From: Squalus acanthias
Lineage: Eukaryota
DNA: 64,000 nucleotides
Assembly (NCBI GenBank): GCA_030390025.1
Contig: CM059432.1
Coordinates: forward strand, 144,524,001-144,588,000
Reading direction: 5' to 3'
In this document: positions 37,990 to 49,790 of the stretch, in pieces
Numbering within the stretch: position 1 is the stretch's first letter
Layout: every line of letters begins with the position of its first letter
Program-made: the position numbers and the translations under genes
The notes under the pieces: generated by a model
Seen by the model: only the letters and a program-made list of their open reading frames with translations
What the model was told of the DNA's origin: nothing
The model's database searches: none

Positions 37990-38410
37990 ATAGAAACATA
38001 GAAGATAGGAGCAGGAGTAGGCCATTCAGCCCCTCGAGCCTGCTCTGCCATTCGATGAGATCATGGCTGATCATCCAAACTCAGTACCCTGTACCTGCCT
38101 TCTCCCCATATCCCTTGATCCCTTTAGCTTTAAGAAATATATCTAACTCATTCTTGAATATATTTAATGACTTGGCCTCAACTACCTTCTGTGGTAGAGA
38201 ATTCCACAGGTTCACCACTCTCTGGGTGAAGAAATTCTTCCTCATTTCTGTCCTAAATGGCTTACCCCTTATCCTTAGATTATGACCCCTGGTTCTGGAC
38301 TCTCCGACCATCGGGAACATTCTTCCTGCATCTAGTTTGTCCAGACCTGTCAGAATTTTATATGTTTCGATGAGATCCCCCCTCATTCTTCTATACTCCA
38401 GCGAGTATAA
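37990..38410 (-). mobile_element. CR1 LINE 3' fragment
   Basis: MRGDLIETYKIL...FFTQRVVNLWNSLP...GYGEKAGTGY. Confidence 0.92.
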
Positions 38411-38516
38411 GCGAGTCCCAAGTTATCCAACTTCTACCTCTTCTGGTTGAACTTAAAGACATTCCTGATAAAATCCCACTTACTTTCTCCCGCTACCCCA
38501 ACATGTCATTTATCAA

Positions 38517-38648
38517 CAGCAAAATACTGCGGATGCTGGAAATCTGAAATAACAACAGAAAATGCTGGAAGCACTCAGCAGGCCAGGCAGCATCCGTGGA
38601 GAGAGAAACAGAGTCAACGTTTCAGGTCTGGGACCCTTCTTCAGAACC
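38517..38648 (-). mobile_element. Penelope-like 3' end with family-B hammerhead motif (38612-38648); another partial copy at ~38770-38866
   Basis: Revcomp GGTT-CTGAAGA-A-GGGTC-CCA-GACCT-GAAA-CG-TT-GACT; matches the 3' end of the GIY-YIG element at 54371-54466. Confidence 0.78.
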
Positions 38649-39792
38649 ATTTATCACACTCCTTTTGCTCCCCCCCCACCTTTGGTAAATCATCATGCTC
38701 TGTTCCAGCTCTGTCTTTCCCAGGACCTTAAAACAGTGGCTCCCTAACTGCCTCAGTTGCCCAAAGAACGAAATGCTGGAAAACTGAAAATAAAAGCAGA
38801 AATGACTGGAAACACTCAGTAGGCCCGGCAGCATCTGTGGAAAAACAGCGGTCAACGTTTCGGGCCTGTGGAGTGTTTCCAGCTTTTGTTGTTTTGATTT
38901 CCATGCCTCAGTCGGCCCTCTCCTTTCACAATCCAAGCCTGACATCACCTACCCACTGCTTTCTGTTTTATCTCATCTTCGCTCCTGCTCTTTTCGAGCT
39001 TGCTGCTGTCCTACACTATAGGCCACTGCCTCTCACTTGGGCTTCTCAATATAAAATATCCCACAAAGCACAGGCGCAACTGCCTGAAATAAGGTTTTAT
39101 TATCCAAGTCCCATCGAGCTCAGGCCTGCTGCCACCATGTCCAGAATCTCTGAACCACACTCCACTGTGAAGCAGCCGGGACCCGACATCCTTCACATTT
39201 TGCTGTCATCTCCTTTATTGCTTCCAGCAAGAAGCCAGGGGACAGGTGGGCTTTAAAATGCAAATCTGCCGCAGACACACAGCAGCTCTGATGATTAAAT
39301 TACACGATCGCTCTTGCAACCATAAAAGGACAGTGTAGTCAGAGGGGCTGGGCCAGTAACTAAAAGCCGCATATCAAAGCAATTAGAGGTACTGTAACAT
39401 CTTTGGAGCTGTTTTACAGTTTCAACCGCTCAATTAACTCAGGTAATAGGGCCTGTAGGTTTCTTCTAAGGAACGGCAAAAGTTAAAAGCTTAAGGAATG
39501 AGAAACACGAACTGTCCATTCTAACACACACTGGATAGCTAAAAATCATTCCACTGGAAGGAATCCTGTTATTTTAAATGGATGTTAAAAGCTCGATTTG
39601 CAGATACAAACTCCATACTAGACCCTGAAGGTAGGCATTTTTTAAACACGAATAGGTAGAAGCAGGTTTGAGATCCTGTCACTGCTTCAAAAGAACCTGA
39701 TTAAAACCTTTAAACTGGTTTTATGACAGAGAAAATGTAGCATTAAAGACAAGTGCTGAACAAAAATTGCACCTTGGGCTAATTTCCTAAAC

Positions 39793-40262
39793 AGAAAGAA
39801 AGAAAGACTTATATTTATATAGCGCCTTTCACGACCACCGGACATCTCAAAGTGCTTTACAGCCAATGAAGTACTTTTTGGAGTGTAGTCACTGTTGTAA
39901 TGTGGGAAACGCGGCAGCCAATTTGCGCACAGCAAGCTCCCACAAACAGCAATGTAATAATGACCAGATAATCTGTTTTTGTTATGTTAATTGAGGGATA
40001 AATATTGGCCAGGACACCGGGGGATAACTCCCCTGCTCTTGTTTGAAATAGTGCCATGGGATCTTTTACGTCCACCTGAGAGAGCAGACGGGGCCTCGGT
40101 TTAACGTCTCATCCGAAAGACGGCACCTCTGACAGTGCAGCACTCCCTCAGCACTGCACTGGGAGCGTCAGCCTAGATTTATGTGCTGAAGTCCCTGGAG
40201 TGGGACTTGAACCCACAACCTTCTGACTCAGAGGCGAGTGTGCTACCCACTGAGCCACAGCT
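39793..40262 (-). mobile_element. Full-length tRNA-derived Deu-domain SINE (SacSINE1-like) with L2-type tail
   Basis: 5' AGCTGTGGCTCAGTGGG..GGGTTCAAGTCCC (pol III A/B boxes); tail GGCGCTATATAAAT..AAGT shared with L2 copies. Confidence 0.88.
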
Positions 40263-40317
40263 AAAACCATTCATTTTTTAGCATTTTTTTTTAAACAGGC
40301 AAGCTGATGATCCAATA

Positions 40318-40637
40318 GCAAAATACTGCGGATGCTGGAAAACTGAAATAACAACAGAAAGCGCTGGAAAAACTCAGCAGGCCAGGCAACATCCGTGGAG
40401 AGAGAAACAGAGTTAACGTTTCAGGTTGAAGACCCTTCGTCAGAACTGAGAAAAAAGCAGGAAATGAAACAGATGAAAAAGCAAGTTTGGAGGCTGGGGG
40501 AGGGAATAAAAGAACAAAAGGGGAGGTCTGTGAGGAGTAGAGACATTAAGAGATGCTCAAGGCGAGACGAGATGGTAATAGGACAGGTTAAGAAACAAAA
40601 GATGGCTCTAGAAGTGTGAAATGCGCTGGCAGAATGA
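40318..40637 (-). mobile_element. Penelope-like element, 3' part, with hammerhead motif 40411-40447
   Basis: Revcomp AGTT-CTGACGA-A-GGGT-CTTCA-ACCT-GAAA-CG-TT-AACT; collinear with 54130-54466; continues at 45389. Confidence 0.85.
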
Positions 40638-40995
40638 CCTGGCGGCGGACCTGGGTGGAGCAACAGCGGCGAGGTGGCGGCGGTAAAAGGCGGCAGCGAC
40701 CAGGTAGGCCCACAGAGGCGGCGGACCTGGGTGGAGCAACAGCGGCGAGGCGGCGCCGGTAAAAGGCGGCAGCGACCAGGTAGGCTTTCACCAAGCCGAG
40801 AGCAGGAGAGAGGTAAAAAATAATCGAAGTGTGACGTCACCAGAAAGCAGGTAAGTGATTGGTTGGTGAGTATTTCTCTTTTTTTTTATACAAAACTTCA
40901 ATTTTATTGTTTCTCGGGTATCTGTGGTGTAGCAGAGACTGCTGGCATAAATTAACTGAAGGGTAAATAATACATTTTTTAATTAATTACATAGA

Positions 40996-42158
40996 ATGGG
41001 AGAGCAGGTGATGTGTTACTGCTGCAATATGTGGGAGCTGGTGGACACCATTGATGTTCACGGTGAACACATTTGCAGTAAGTGTTGGCTGCTCGAGGAA
41101 CTCCGGCTCCGTGTTGATGAGCTGGAGTCCGAGCTTCAAACACTGCGACACATCAGGGAGGGGGAGAGTTACCTGGACTCCGTGTTTCAGGAGGTAGTCA
41201 CACCAATTAGAGTAACTAATTCAGAAGTAGCCCGTGGTCAGGGACAGGAAGGTGTGACTACGAGTGAGGCAGGTACAGGGATCCAGGAGGTAGTGTTGGG
41301 TTAGGTTGATTTGGCTATGATAAATTGACCCTTAGTGTTAGGGGGGATTAAATATGTGGGGTTATGGGGATAGGATGGGATATGTTAGGGGGAATTAAAT
41401 ACATGGGGTTACGGGGGTAGGGTGGGATATGTGTACTGTGGGGATTAAAGCAGGGACAGGGTACTGGATTTGGATGATCAGCCATGATCGTATTGAATGG
41501 CGGAGCAGGCTCGACGGGCCGAATGGCCTACTCCTGCTCCTAGGCTCTTACTCCCTGTGTGGATAGGAGCGGGGACTGCAGGGAGGATGAGCAACCTGGC
41601 CACAGCACCGTGGTAAGGGGGGCCATTCAAGTGGGGGGAGTAAAAAGAAATGTTGTAGTGGTAGGGGATAGTATCATTAGGGGGATAGATAGGGTTCTTT
41701 GCAGCCAAGAGCGAGAGTCCCGAAGGCTGTGTTGCCTGCCCGGTGCCAGGGTTAAGGACATCTCCTCTGGGCTGGAGAGAAACTTGGAGTGGGAGGGGGA
41801 GGATCCAGTTGTCGTGGTCCATGTTGGTACCAATGACATAGATAGGACAAGGAAAGAGGTTCTGCTGAGGGAGTTTGAGCAGCTAGGGGCCAAATTAAAA
41901 AGCAGAACCTCGAGGGTAATAATCTCTGGATTACTACCTGAGCCACGAGCAAATTTGGCTAGGGTAAATAAAATCAGGGAGTTGAATGCGTGGCTCAAAG
42001 ACTGGTGTGGGAAAAATGGGTTTTGCTTCTTGGGACACTGGCACCAGTACTGGGGCAGGAGAGAGCTGTTCCGTTGGGACGGACTTCACTTGGCCAGTGC
42101 TGGGACTAGTGTCCTGGCGAATCGAATAACTAGGGCTGTGGAGAGGGCTTTAAACTAA
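40996..42158 (+). pseudogene. CR1 ORF1 (zinc finger/coiled coil + SGNH/GDSL esterase), interrupted at 41301-41540
   Basis: CYCCNMWE..HICSKC; VVVVGDSIIRG, CLPGA, VHVGTND, DGLHL. Confidence 0.9.
41301..41540 (+). mobile_element. HE1/V-SINE-like 3' fragment with CR1-type tail inserted in ORF1
   Basis: TAGGTTGATTTGGCTATGATAAATTGACCCTTAGTGT.. then GATCAGCCATGATC..GAATGGCCTACTCCTGCTCCT; introduces a stop. Confidence 0.65.
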
Positions 42159-42196
42159 TTAGTGGGGGGGAGGTTTCAAGAGAGCAAAAAATAAAA

Positions 42197-45148
42197 ATGA
42201 CAACAGAGAGGGTCATAGACATAGGTAGCAGTAGGGGAATCACAAATCAGAGCGTGGCAGGAAGGGACAGAGTGTGTGGAGTAAAAGGTAAACTGGTAAA
42301 AAGTGAAAAAGCAGGAACTAAGTGCCACAAAGCATATTTGAAAGTTCTCTATCTGAATGCACGTAGCATTCGTAACAAAATAGACGAGTTAATGGCACAA
42401 ATAACTACATATGGTTATGATATTGTGGCCATTACAGAAACATGGCTGCAGGGTGACAATGCCTGGGAATTAAACATACCAGGTTATTTAACGATCAGGA
42501 AGGACAGGCAGGAAGGAAGGGGAGGTGGGGTGGCTATGTTAATAAAGGAAGGAATCACTGTAATACAGAGTAATGATATTGGGTCAAAAAATCATGATAA
42601 TGAAACAGTTTGGGTGGAGATAAGGAATAATAAGGGGAAAAAAACATTAGTGGGCGTAGTCTATAGGCCTCCGAACAGTTGTAACTCTATTGGACGGAGT
42701 ATCAATCAGGAAATAGTTGAGGCATGTAATAAGGGAACATCTATAATTATGGGGGATTTTAACTATCATATTAATTGGACAAATCAAATGGGGCAGGGCT
42801 GCCTTGAGGATGAGTTCATTGAGTGTATTAGGGATGGGTTTCTTGAGCAGTATGTAACTGAACCGACCAGGGGGCAAGCAACCTTAGATCTGGTCCTGTG
42901 TAACGAGACAGGATTAATTAAAAATGTCCTAGTAAAGGATCCCCTTGGAATGAGTGACCATAACATGGTTGAATTCCATATTCAATTAGAGGGTGAGAAG
43001 GTTGGATCTCAAACAAGCGTGCTAAGCTTGAATAAAGGAGACTATGAAGGTATGCGAGCGGAATTGAGTAGAGTGGATTGGGAAAATAGATTAAAGGGTA
43101 AGACGACACATGATCAGTGGTGTACATTCAAGGAGTTATTTTACAACTTCCAAAAAAAATATATTCCACTGAAAAGAAAAGGGTGTAAAAGAAAGGACAG
43201 TCATCCGTGGCTAAGTAAAGAAATTAAGGATAGTATTCGACTAAAAACAAGGGCATATAAGGTAGCGAAATCTAGTGGGAGGACAGAGGATTGGGAAAAC
43301 TTTAAAAGGCAGCAAAAAATAACAAAAAGATTGATTAAGAAAGGGAAGATAGATTATGAAAGTAAATTAGCAAAAAATATAAAAACAGATAGTAAGAGTT
43401 TTTATAGTTATATAAAAAGAAAAAGGGTGGCTAAAGTAAATGTTGGTCCCTTAGAGGATGAGACCGGGAAATTAATGGTGGGAAATATGGAGATGGCAAA
43501 AACACTGAACGAATATTTTGTATCAGTCTTTACAGTAGAGGACACTAAGAATATCCCAACACTGGACAAACAGGGGGCTATAGGGGGAGAGGAGCTAAAC
43601 ACGATCAAAATCACTAAGGAAGTGGTACTCGGTAAAATAATGGGACTCAAGGCGGATAAATCACCTGGACCTGATGGCTTACATCCTAGAGTCTTGAAGG
43701 AAGTGGCGGTAGGGATTGTAGATGCATTGGTAATAATTTTTCAAAACTCCCTGGATTCCGCTAAGGTCCCGGCAGACTGGAAAACTGCTAATGTAACACC
43801 CTTATTTAAAAAGGGCAGTAGACAGAAGGCTGGTAACTATAGACCGGTTAGCCTAACATCTGTGGTAGGTAAAATTTTGGAGTCCATTATTAAGGAAACA
43901 GTAACAGGACATTTGGATAATCATAATTTAATAGGACAAAGTCAGCATGGTTTTACGAAGGGGAAGTCATGTTTGACAAATTTGCTGGAGTTCTTTGAGG
44001 AAGTAACATATAGAGTGGATAAAGGGGAACCAGTGGACGTAGTGTATTTAGACTTCCAAAAGGCATTTGACAAGGTGCCACACAAAAGATTATTGCTTAA
44101 GGTAAAAAATCACGGGATTGGGGGTAATATTCTGGCATGGATAGAGGATTGGCTATCTAACAGAAAGCAAAGAGTTGGGATAAATGGTTCATTCTCAGAC
44201 TGGCAATCAGTAACTAGTGGTGTTCCACAGGGGTCAGTGCTGGGTCCCCAACTCTTCACAATCTATATTAACGATTTGGAGGAAGGGACCAAGTGTAACA
44301 TATCAAAATTTGCAGATGATACAAAGATGGGAGGGAAAGTAGTGAGTGAGGAGGACATAAAAAACCTGCAAGGGGACATAGACAGGCTAAGTAAGTGGGC
44401 AGAGATTTGGCAGATGGAATACAACACTGGAAAGTGTGAGGTGATGCACTTTGGCAGGAAAAATCCTAGAGCAATTTATTATCTTAATGGCAAGAAACTG
44501 GAGAGTACTGAAGTGCAAAGGGATCTGGGGGTCCTGGTGCACGAAACTCAAAAGGTTAGTATGCAGGTGCAGCAAGTGATTAAGAAGGCAAATGGAATGT
44601 TGGCTTTCATTGCTAGGGGGATAGAATATAAAAATAGGGAGGTATTGCTTCAGTTGTACAAGGTATTGGTGAGACCGCACCTGGAATACTGCATACAGTT
44701 TTGGTGTCCTTACTTAAGGAAAGACATCCTTGCTCTCGAGGCAGTGCAAAAAAGGTTCACTCGGTTAATCCCGGGGATGAGGGGGTGGTCATATGAGGAG
44801 AGGTTGGGTAGATTGGGACTCTACTCATTGGAGTTCAGAAGAATGAGAGGCGATCTTATTGAAACATATAAGATTGTGAAGGGGTTGGATCGGGTGGATG
44901 CGGGGAGGATGTTCCCGATGACGGGTGAGACGAGAACTAGGGGACATAGTCTTAGAATAAGGGGCTGCTCTTTCAAAACTGAGATGAGGAGGAACTACTT
45001 CACTCAGAGGGTGGTAGGTCCATGGAATATGCTGCCACAAAAAGCTGTAGAAGCTACAACATTAATTAAATTTAAAACAGAAATAGACAGTTTCCTAGAA
45101 GTAAAGGGCATTAAGGGTTACGGGGAGCGGGCAGGAATTTGGACATGA
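42197..45148 (+). CDS. CR1 ORF2: APE endonuclease + reverse transcriptase, intact 983 aa
   Basis: [52 protein letters not shown]; no stops. Confidence 0.96.
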   Translation: MTTERVIDIGSSRGITNQSVAGRDRVCGVKGKLVKSEKAGTKCHKAYLKVLYLNARSIRNKIDELMAQITTYGYDIVAITETWLQGDNAWELNIPGYLTIRKDRQEGRGGGVAMLIKEGITVIQSNDIGSKNHDNETVWVEIRNNKGKKTLVGVVYRPPNSCNSIGRSINQEIVEACNKGTSIIMGDFNYHINWTNQMGQGCLEDEFIECIRDGFLEQYVTEPTRGQATLDLVLCNETGLIKNVLVKDPLGMSDHNMVEFHIQLEGEKVGSQTSVLSLNKGDYEGMRAELSRVDWENRLKGKTTHDQWCTFKELFYNFQKKYIPLKRKGCKRKDSHPWLSKEIKDSIRLKTRAYKVAKSSGRTEDWENFKRQQKITKRLIKKGKIDYESKLAKNIKTDSKSFYSYIKRKRVAKVNVGPLEDETGKLMVGNMEMAKTLNEYFVSVFTVEDTKNIPTLDKQGAIGGEELNTIKITKEVVLGKIMGLKADKSPGPDGLHPRVLKEVAVGIVDALVIIFQNSLDSAKVPADWKTANVTPLFKKGSRQKAGNYRPVSLTSVVGKILESIIKETVTGHLDNHNLIGQSQHGFTKGKSCLTNLLEFFEEVTYRVDKGEPVDVVYLDFQKAFDKVPHKRLLLKVKNHGIGGNILAWIEDWLSNRKQRVGINGSFSDWQSVTSGVPQGSVLGPQLFTIYINDLEEGTKCNISKFADDTKMGGKVVSEEDIKNLQGDIDRLSKWAEIWQMEYNTGKCEVMHFGRKNPRAIYYLNGKKLESTEVQRDLGVLVHETQKVSMQVQQVIKKANGMLAFIARGIEYKNREVLLQLYKVLVRPHLEYCIQFWCPYLRKDILALEAVQKRFTRLIPGMRGWSYEERLGRLGLYSLEFRRMRGDLIETYKIVKGLDRVDAGRMFPMTGETRTRGHSLRIRGCSFKTEMRRNYFTQRVVGPWNMLPQKAVEATTLIKFKTEIDSFLEVKGIKGYGERAGIWT

Positions 45149-45388
45149 GTCTAGGTTCGGATCGGTCATGGCCCTGTGGGTAGTGGAGCGGGCCCAGGGA
45201 CTGTGTAGCCTGATTCTGCTCCTATTTCGTGTGTGCAATTCTGTTAGATGCAGGAGATGGTTCTGTGATAGATAGTAGATTGGCGGTTAGGATCAGATCA
45301 GCCATGATCTTATTGAATGGCGGAGCAGGCTCGAGGGGCCGATTGGCCTACTCCTGCTCCTATTTCTTATGTTCTTATGTTCTTATGT

Positions 45389-45626
45389 AGAATGAAAGAC
45401 AGCTGCCATGTGGGAGAGAGAAAAAAAAAGGGAAAAGGCACAAACCAAAAGTGTGGATAAAAAAAAAATATATATATATATGGTAGGGGCCGAGGTTATG
45501 ATCTGAAATTGTTGAACTCGATATTGAGTCCGGAAGGCTGTAAAGTGCCTAATCGGAAGATGAGGTGCTGTTCCTTGAGCTTACGCTGAGCTTCCGTGGA
45601 ACAATGCAAGAGGCCGAGGACGGTGA
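45389..45626 (-). mobile_element. Penelope-like element, continuation (C-terminus of GIY-YIG ORF)
   Basis: Revcomp encodes VLGLLHCSTEAQRKLKEQHLIFRLGTLQPSGLNIEFNNFRS*. Confidence 0.88.
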
Positions 45627-45783
45627 TGATTCAGTGTGTGTGTGTTTGGGATATGGCAACTCCTGGAGCTCCACTGGTGGAGGTATGAGATGTGTATCCA
45701 AACGCCTGTGATGGTGATAGGCCTGTCAAATCTTTCACAGTATTGTGTGTGTGTGTGCGCGCGCGCAAGTATGTGTTTGTTTG

Positions 45784-47141
45784 CACAAAGGCCTTCGAAA
45801 CTGTCAACTGTGAGGGATTATGGAGTGTCCTCCTCAAATTCGGCTGCCCTCAAAAGTTTGTCACCATCCTCCGCCTGCTTCACGACGACATGCAAGCCGT
45901 GATCCTGACCAACGGTTCCACCACAGACCCAATTCACGTACGAACCGGAGTCAAGCAAGACTGTGTCAACGCACCAACGCTCTTCTCGATCTTCCTTGCT
46001 GCAATGCTCCATCTCACCCTCAGTAAGCTCCCCGCTGGAGTGGAGCTAATTTACAGAACAAACGGGAAACTGTTCAACCTCCGTCGCCTCCAGTCCAGAT
46101 CCAAGGTCGTCCCATCCTCTGTCGTCGAATTACAGTATGCAGACGACGCTTGTGTCTGCACTCACTCGGAGGTCGAACTCCAAACCATTGTCAACACGTT
46201 CACCGAAGCGTACGAGAGCATAGGCCTTACACTAAACATCCGTAAGACAAAGGTCCTCTACCAACCTGCCCCCGCCACACAGTACTGCCCCCCGATTATC
46301 AAAATCCATGACAAGACCTTGGACAACGTGGACCACTTTCCATACCTCGGGAGCCTACTGTCAACAAGGGCAAATGTCGATGACGAAGTCCAACACCGCC
46401 TTCAGTGTGCCAGTGCAGCCTTCGGTTGCCTGAGGAAGAGAGTGTTTGAAGACCAGGACCTCAAAGCTGGCACTAAGCTCATGGTCTACAGAGCAGCAGT
46501 GATACCCGCCCTGCTGTATGCCTCAGAGACATGGACCATGTACAGCAGGCACCTCAAAGCACTGGAGAGTTACCACTAACGCTGCCTCCGCAAGATCCTT
46601 CAAATCCATTGGCAGGATAGGCGCACCAACGTCAGTGTTCTTGCTCAGGCCAACATCCCCAGCATCGAAGCTATGACCACGCTCGATCAGCTCCGATGGA
46701 CGGGTCACATTGTCCGCATGCCCGAGACGAGACTCCCAAAACAAGCGCTCTACTCAGAGCTCCGACACGGCAAGAGAGCCCCAGGTGGGCAGAGGAAACG
46801 CTTCAAGGACACCCTCAAAGCCTCCTTGAAAAAGTGTAACATCCCCACCGACACCTAGGAATCCCTGGCCCAAGACCGCACAAAGTGGAGGAGAAGCATC
46901 CAGGAAGGCGCCGAACACCTCGAGTCTCTTCGCCGGGAGCAAGCGGAAGCCAAGCGCAGGCAGCGCAAGGAGCGCACGTCAACCCAAGCACCCCACCCAC
47001 CCGCCCCTTCAACCACCGTCTGCCCCACCTGTGACAGAGACTGTAGGTCCCGCATTGGACTCATCAGTCACCTGCGAACTCATTTTTAATGTGGAAGCAA
47101 ATCATCCTCAGTTCCGAGGGACTGCCTTAGAAGAAGAAGAA
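45784..47141 (+). mobile_element. RTE-clade LINE, 5'-truncated (partial RT)
   Basis: TKAFETV, TGVKQ, LQYADD, FPYLGS; (GAA)n tail. Confidence 0.92.
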
Positions 47142-47266
47142 GTAGTATGTTTGTGTGTGCTCATACATACATGCATGTGTCCCTTGTGCATGCATACGTT
47201 ACGTATGTGTCTGTGTGCGCGTGCATGTGTGTCTGTGTGATCATGCATACATGCATATGAATGTGT

Positions 47267-47435
47267 CTGAGTCAGAAGGTCTTGGGTTCAAGTCAAACTC
47301 CAAAGACTTGAGCACAAAAATCTAGGCTGACACTCCAGTGCAGTGCTGAGGGAGTGCTGCACTGTCGGAGGTGCCGTCTTTCAGATGAGATGTTAAACCG
47401 AGGCCCCGTCTACCCTCTCGTGTGGACATAAAGAT
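47267..47435 (+). mobile_element. SacSINE1-like SINE 5' fragment
   Basis: Matches the reverse complement of 40065-40230. Confidence 0.8.
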
Positions 47436-48566
47436 GCCACTTGCTGTAAGTATCTTATCAACACTAATTTTCTGATCCTACATCTCCCAAACAAACACTT
47501 TAATTACACTGCTGCATGCTCTGCTCAAGCAGCCATGTCTTTCAAGGTTGGCAAGCACTGGCTCTCTTCAGTTTGCCACTAGAATGGCCCATCGTCGAAG
47601 TGTCTGGAGGGAAGTATCAGTCATATCGCGCTTGATGCTAGACCCTGCAAGCAACATTGGCCAAACCATTTTAGAGATTTTAGACTACAGGCAGCTTAAC
47701 CGCAGATCCACCAACAACCAGCTGCTGAATTTCATGGTGATCCTCCTCCAGAGTCAGTCAGTACCTGTAGATACAAGGGGTGAATAATGTGGGCTATAAT
47801 TATTACTGGTGTGGGAAAGGCAAGATTCACACTGGCACAGTGAGGGGTACTTTCCTGTTGCGCATCTGAATTTTGCTATTCCAGATGCAGAAAACATTCC
47901 TCTCCTGAGCAGCGACATCCTCAAATTCACACTCCAAACTTTAAAAAAAATGCATGTGCTTGAATGCAGTCATAAATATAAACCCCCCTGCGACAACATG
48001 CAATTAGAGTCTTAACATTACCCAAACATATAATTGCTCTGCAGTGTCAGTATGTTATTTAGCAACTTGGCTTGGAGCTCATTCACACTTCATAAAGAAG
48101 CTCAATGCTCTTTTAATCCTTTCACCCAAACAAACCTATATTTAAGCTGCAACAAATTAAAAGCTGCAAAGTATTAACCTATGAAGTAGAAGCTCACCAG
48201 CAGACCACCCCTCCATCATCCTGCTTTTTAAAAGTCACCTTTTCAAATCTATATCATGTTTGCAAATTCGCCCATCCAACTTTTTAGGAAGTCAAACCCT
48301 TATTTAGGCTCTGTCCCTCGTGTAATCCCTTGAAGTTGATAAACAGGTATTTTAAAATGAATCTCAGTGGAAATCTTTCCAGTTTCTGAAGAAGACATTT
48401 CTTATCCTTCACTTGCCGATGGGGATTGACGTTCTCAGCTGTACACTGCCAGGAGGATGAACCATAGCTGCCATATGACCACACTGCCACGCTACAACCC
48501 TGATCATACATCAAGAGATCTTTGCAATTTCTTATTCTTCACTTGCACTTCGGGATCAGTGTAGAT

Positions 48567-48917
48567 CAGGTGGGCAGAGGAAACGCTTCAAGGACACCCT
48601 CAAAGCCTCCTTGAAAAAGTGCAACATCCCCACCGACACCTGGGAATCCCTGGCCCAAGACCGCACAAAGTGGAGGAGAAGCATCCGGGAAGGCGCCGAA
48701 CTCCTCGAGTCCCTTCGCCGGGAGCAAGCGGAAGCCAAGCGCAAGCATCGCACGTCAACCCAAGCACCCCACCCACCCGTCCCTTCAACCTCCGTCTGCC
48801 CCACCTGTGACAGAGACTGTAGGTCCCGCATTGGACTCATCAGTCACCTGAGAACTCATTTTTTAATGTGGAAGCAAGTCATCTTCGGTTCCGAGGGACT
48901 GCCTAAGAGAGAGAAGA
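48567..48917 (+). mobile_element. RTE-clade LINE 3' fragment
   Basis: GGQRKRFKDTLKASLK...CPTCDRDCRSRIGLISHLRTH. Confidence 0.9.
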
Positions 48918-49185
48918 TTGAAGAGTATGGGTTATTGTATTAGCTGAAGCTGTAGTGAGCTTTCACAGCCAAACTGCAGCCGATCCTACCATCACTCCAG
49001 CTGAGCTCAGCTCATTGAGCAGAGGCCAGAGGCTGACCGTGGGATCTATATGGTTCAATACCACATTGGACAATGTGTTTAATCCATGAGTCACTGAGGG
49101 AGTTTCCAAAAACAGGGATTCGATAATAAGTCTACAGGGTCAGCATGACCCTCTGCTGACGTCACATCACTGCCACTCTATCACA

Positions 49186-49440
49186 GATGCGGAGATGCCG
49201 GTGTTGGACTGGGGTGGACAAAAGTGAGAAGTCGCACAACACCAGGTTATAGTCCAACAGTTTTATTTGAAATCACAAGCTTTCGGAGCTGCTGCTCCTT
49301 CAGAGGCATTGTTCTCTGTCTATATATGCTTTGCCGATTCGTATTCCTTCACTTCACCTGACGAAGGGGCAGCAGCTCCGAAAGCTCGTGATTTCAAATA
49401 AAACTGTTGGACTAAAACCTGGTGTTGTGCGACTTCTCAC
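49186..49440. mobile_element. Penelope-like pLTR inverted insertion with hammerhead motif (49354-49391, +)
   Basis: Inverted arms ~49224-49301 / 49363-49440; duplication CACTCTATCACAGA (49174-49187 / 49438-49451). Confidence 0.82.
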
Positions 49441-49790
49441 TCTATCACAGACTAGCACAGGACACTATCTTGACATTGGAAAAGTTTAAAAACATTCAAA
49501 AAAATACTTCAAAGAGTGATTGAAGCAGATACCAGGAGGTATTAAAATTACATTTTAAAAATCATTTTAATTTTTGCATGTGTTAATTAAGAATGCTCTT
49601 CAAATGCAATTCAGTTCTATTGAATCTATTTAAATATTTACAAGTTGAGAAGATAATTCCACTGTAAGATAGCCCTGTAGTACCAACTGTATAAGATGGC
49701 AATGCCGTGTCAGCAATGGTGAGCTTATGCCTTTAGCCTCATTCCAAGATCCCTGAACCCCAGGGCCCTGCTGGAGATGCATGAGTTTGC

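Larger units (their letters stand above)
40638..45388 (+). mobile_element. Full-length CR1 LINE
   Basis: 7-bp TSD AGAATGA (40631-40637 / 45389-45395); GC-rich 5'UTR with 76-bp tandem repeat; ORF1, ORF2, (TTCTTATG)n tail. Confidence 0.96.

Noticed and set aside
40190..40262. tRNA gene
   Set aside because: tRNA-derived SINE head continuing into the SINE body; no complete cloverleaf
49272..49305. Minus-strand hammerhead in the left arm of the 49186 element
   Set aside because: Truncated within the CTGACGA core at the inversion junction
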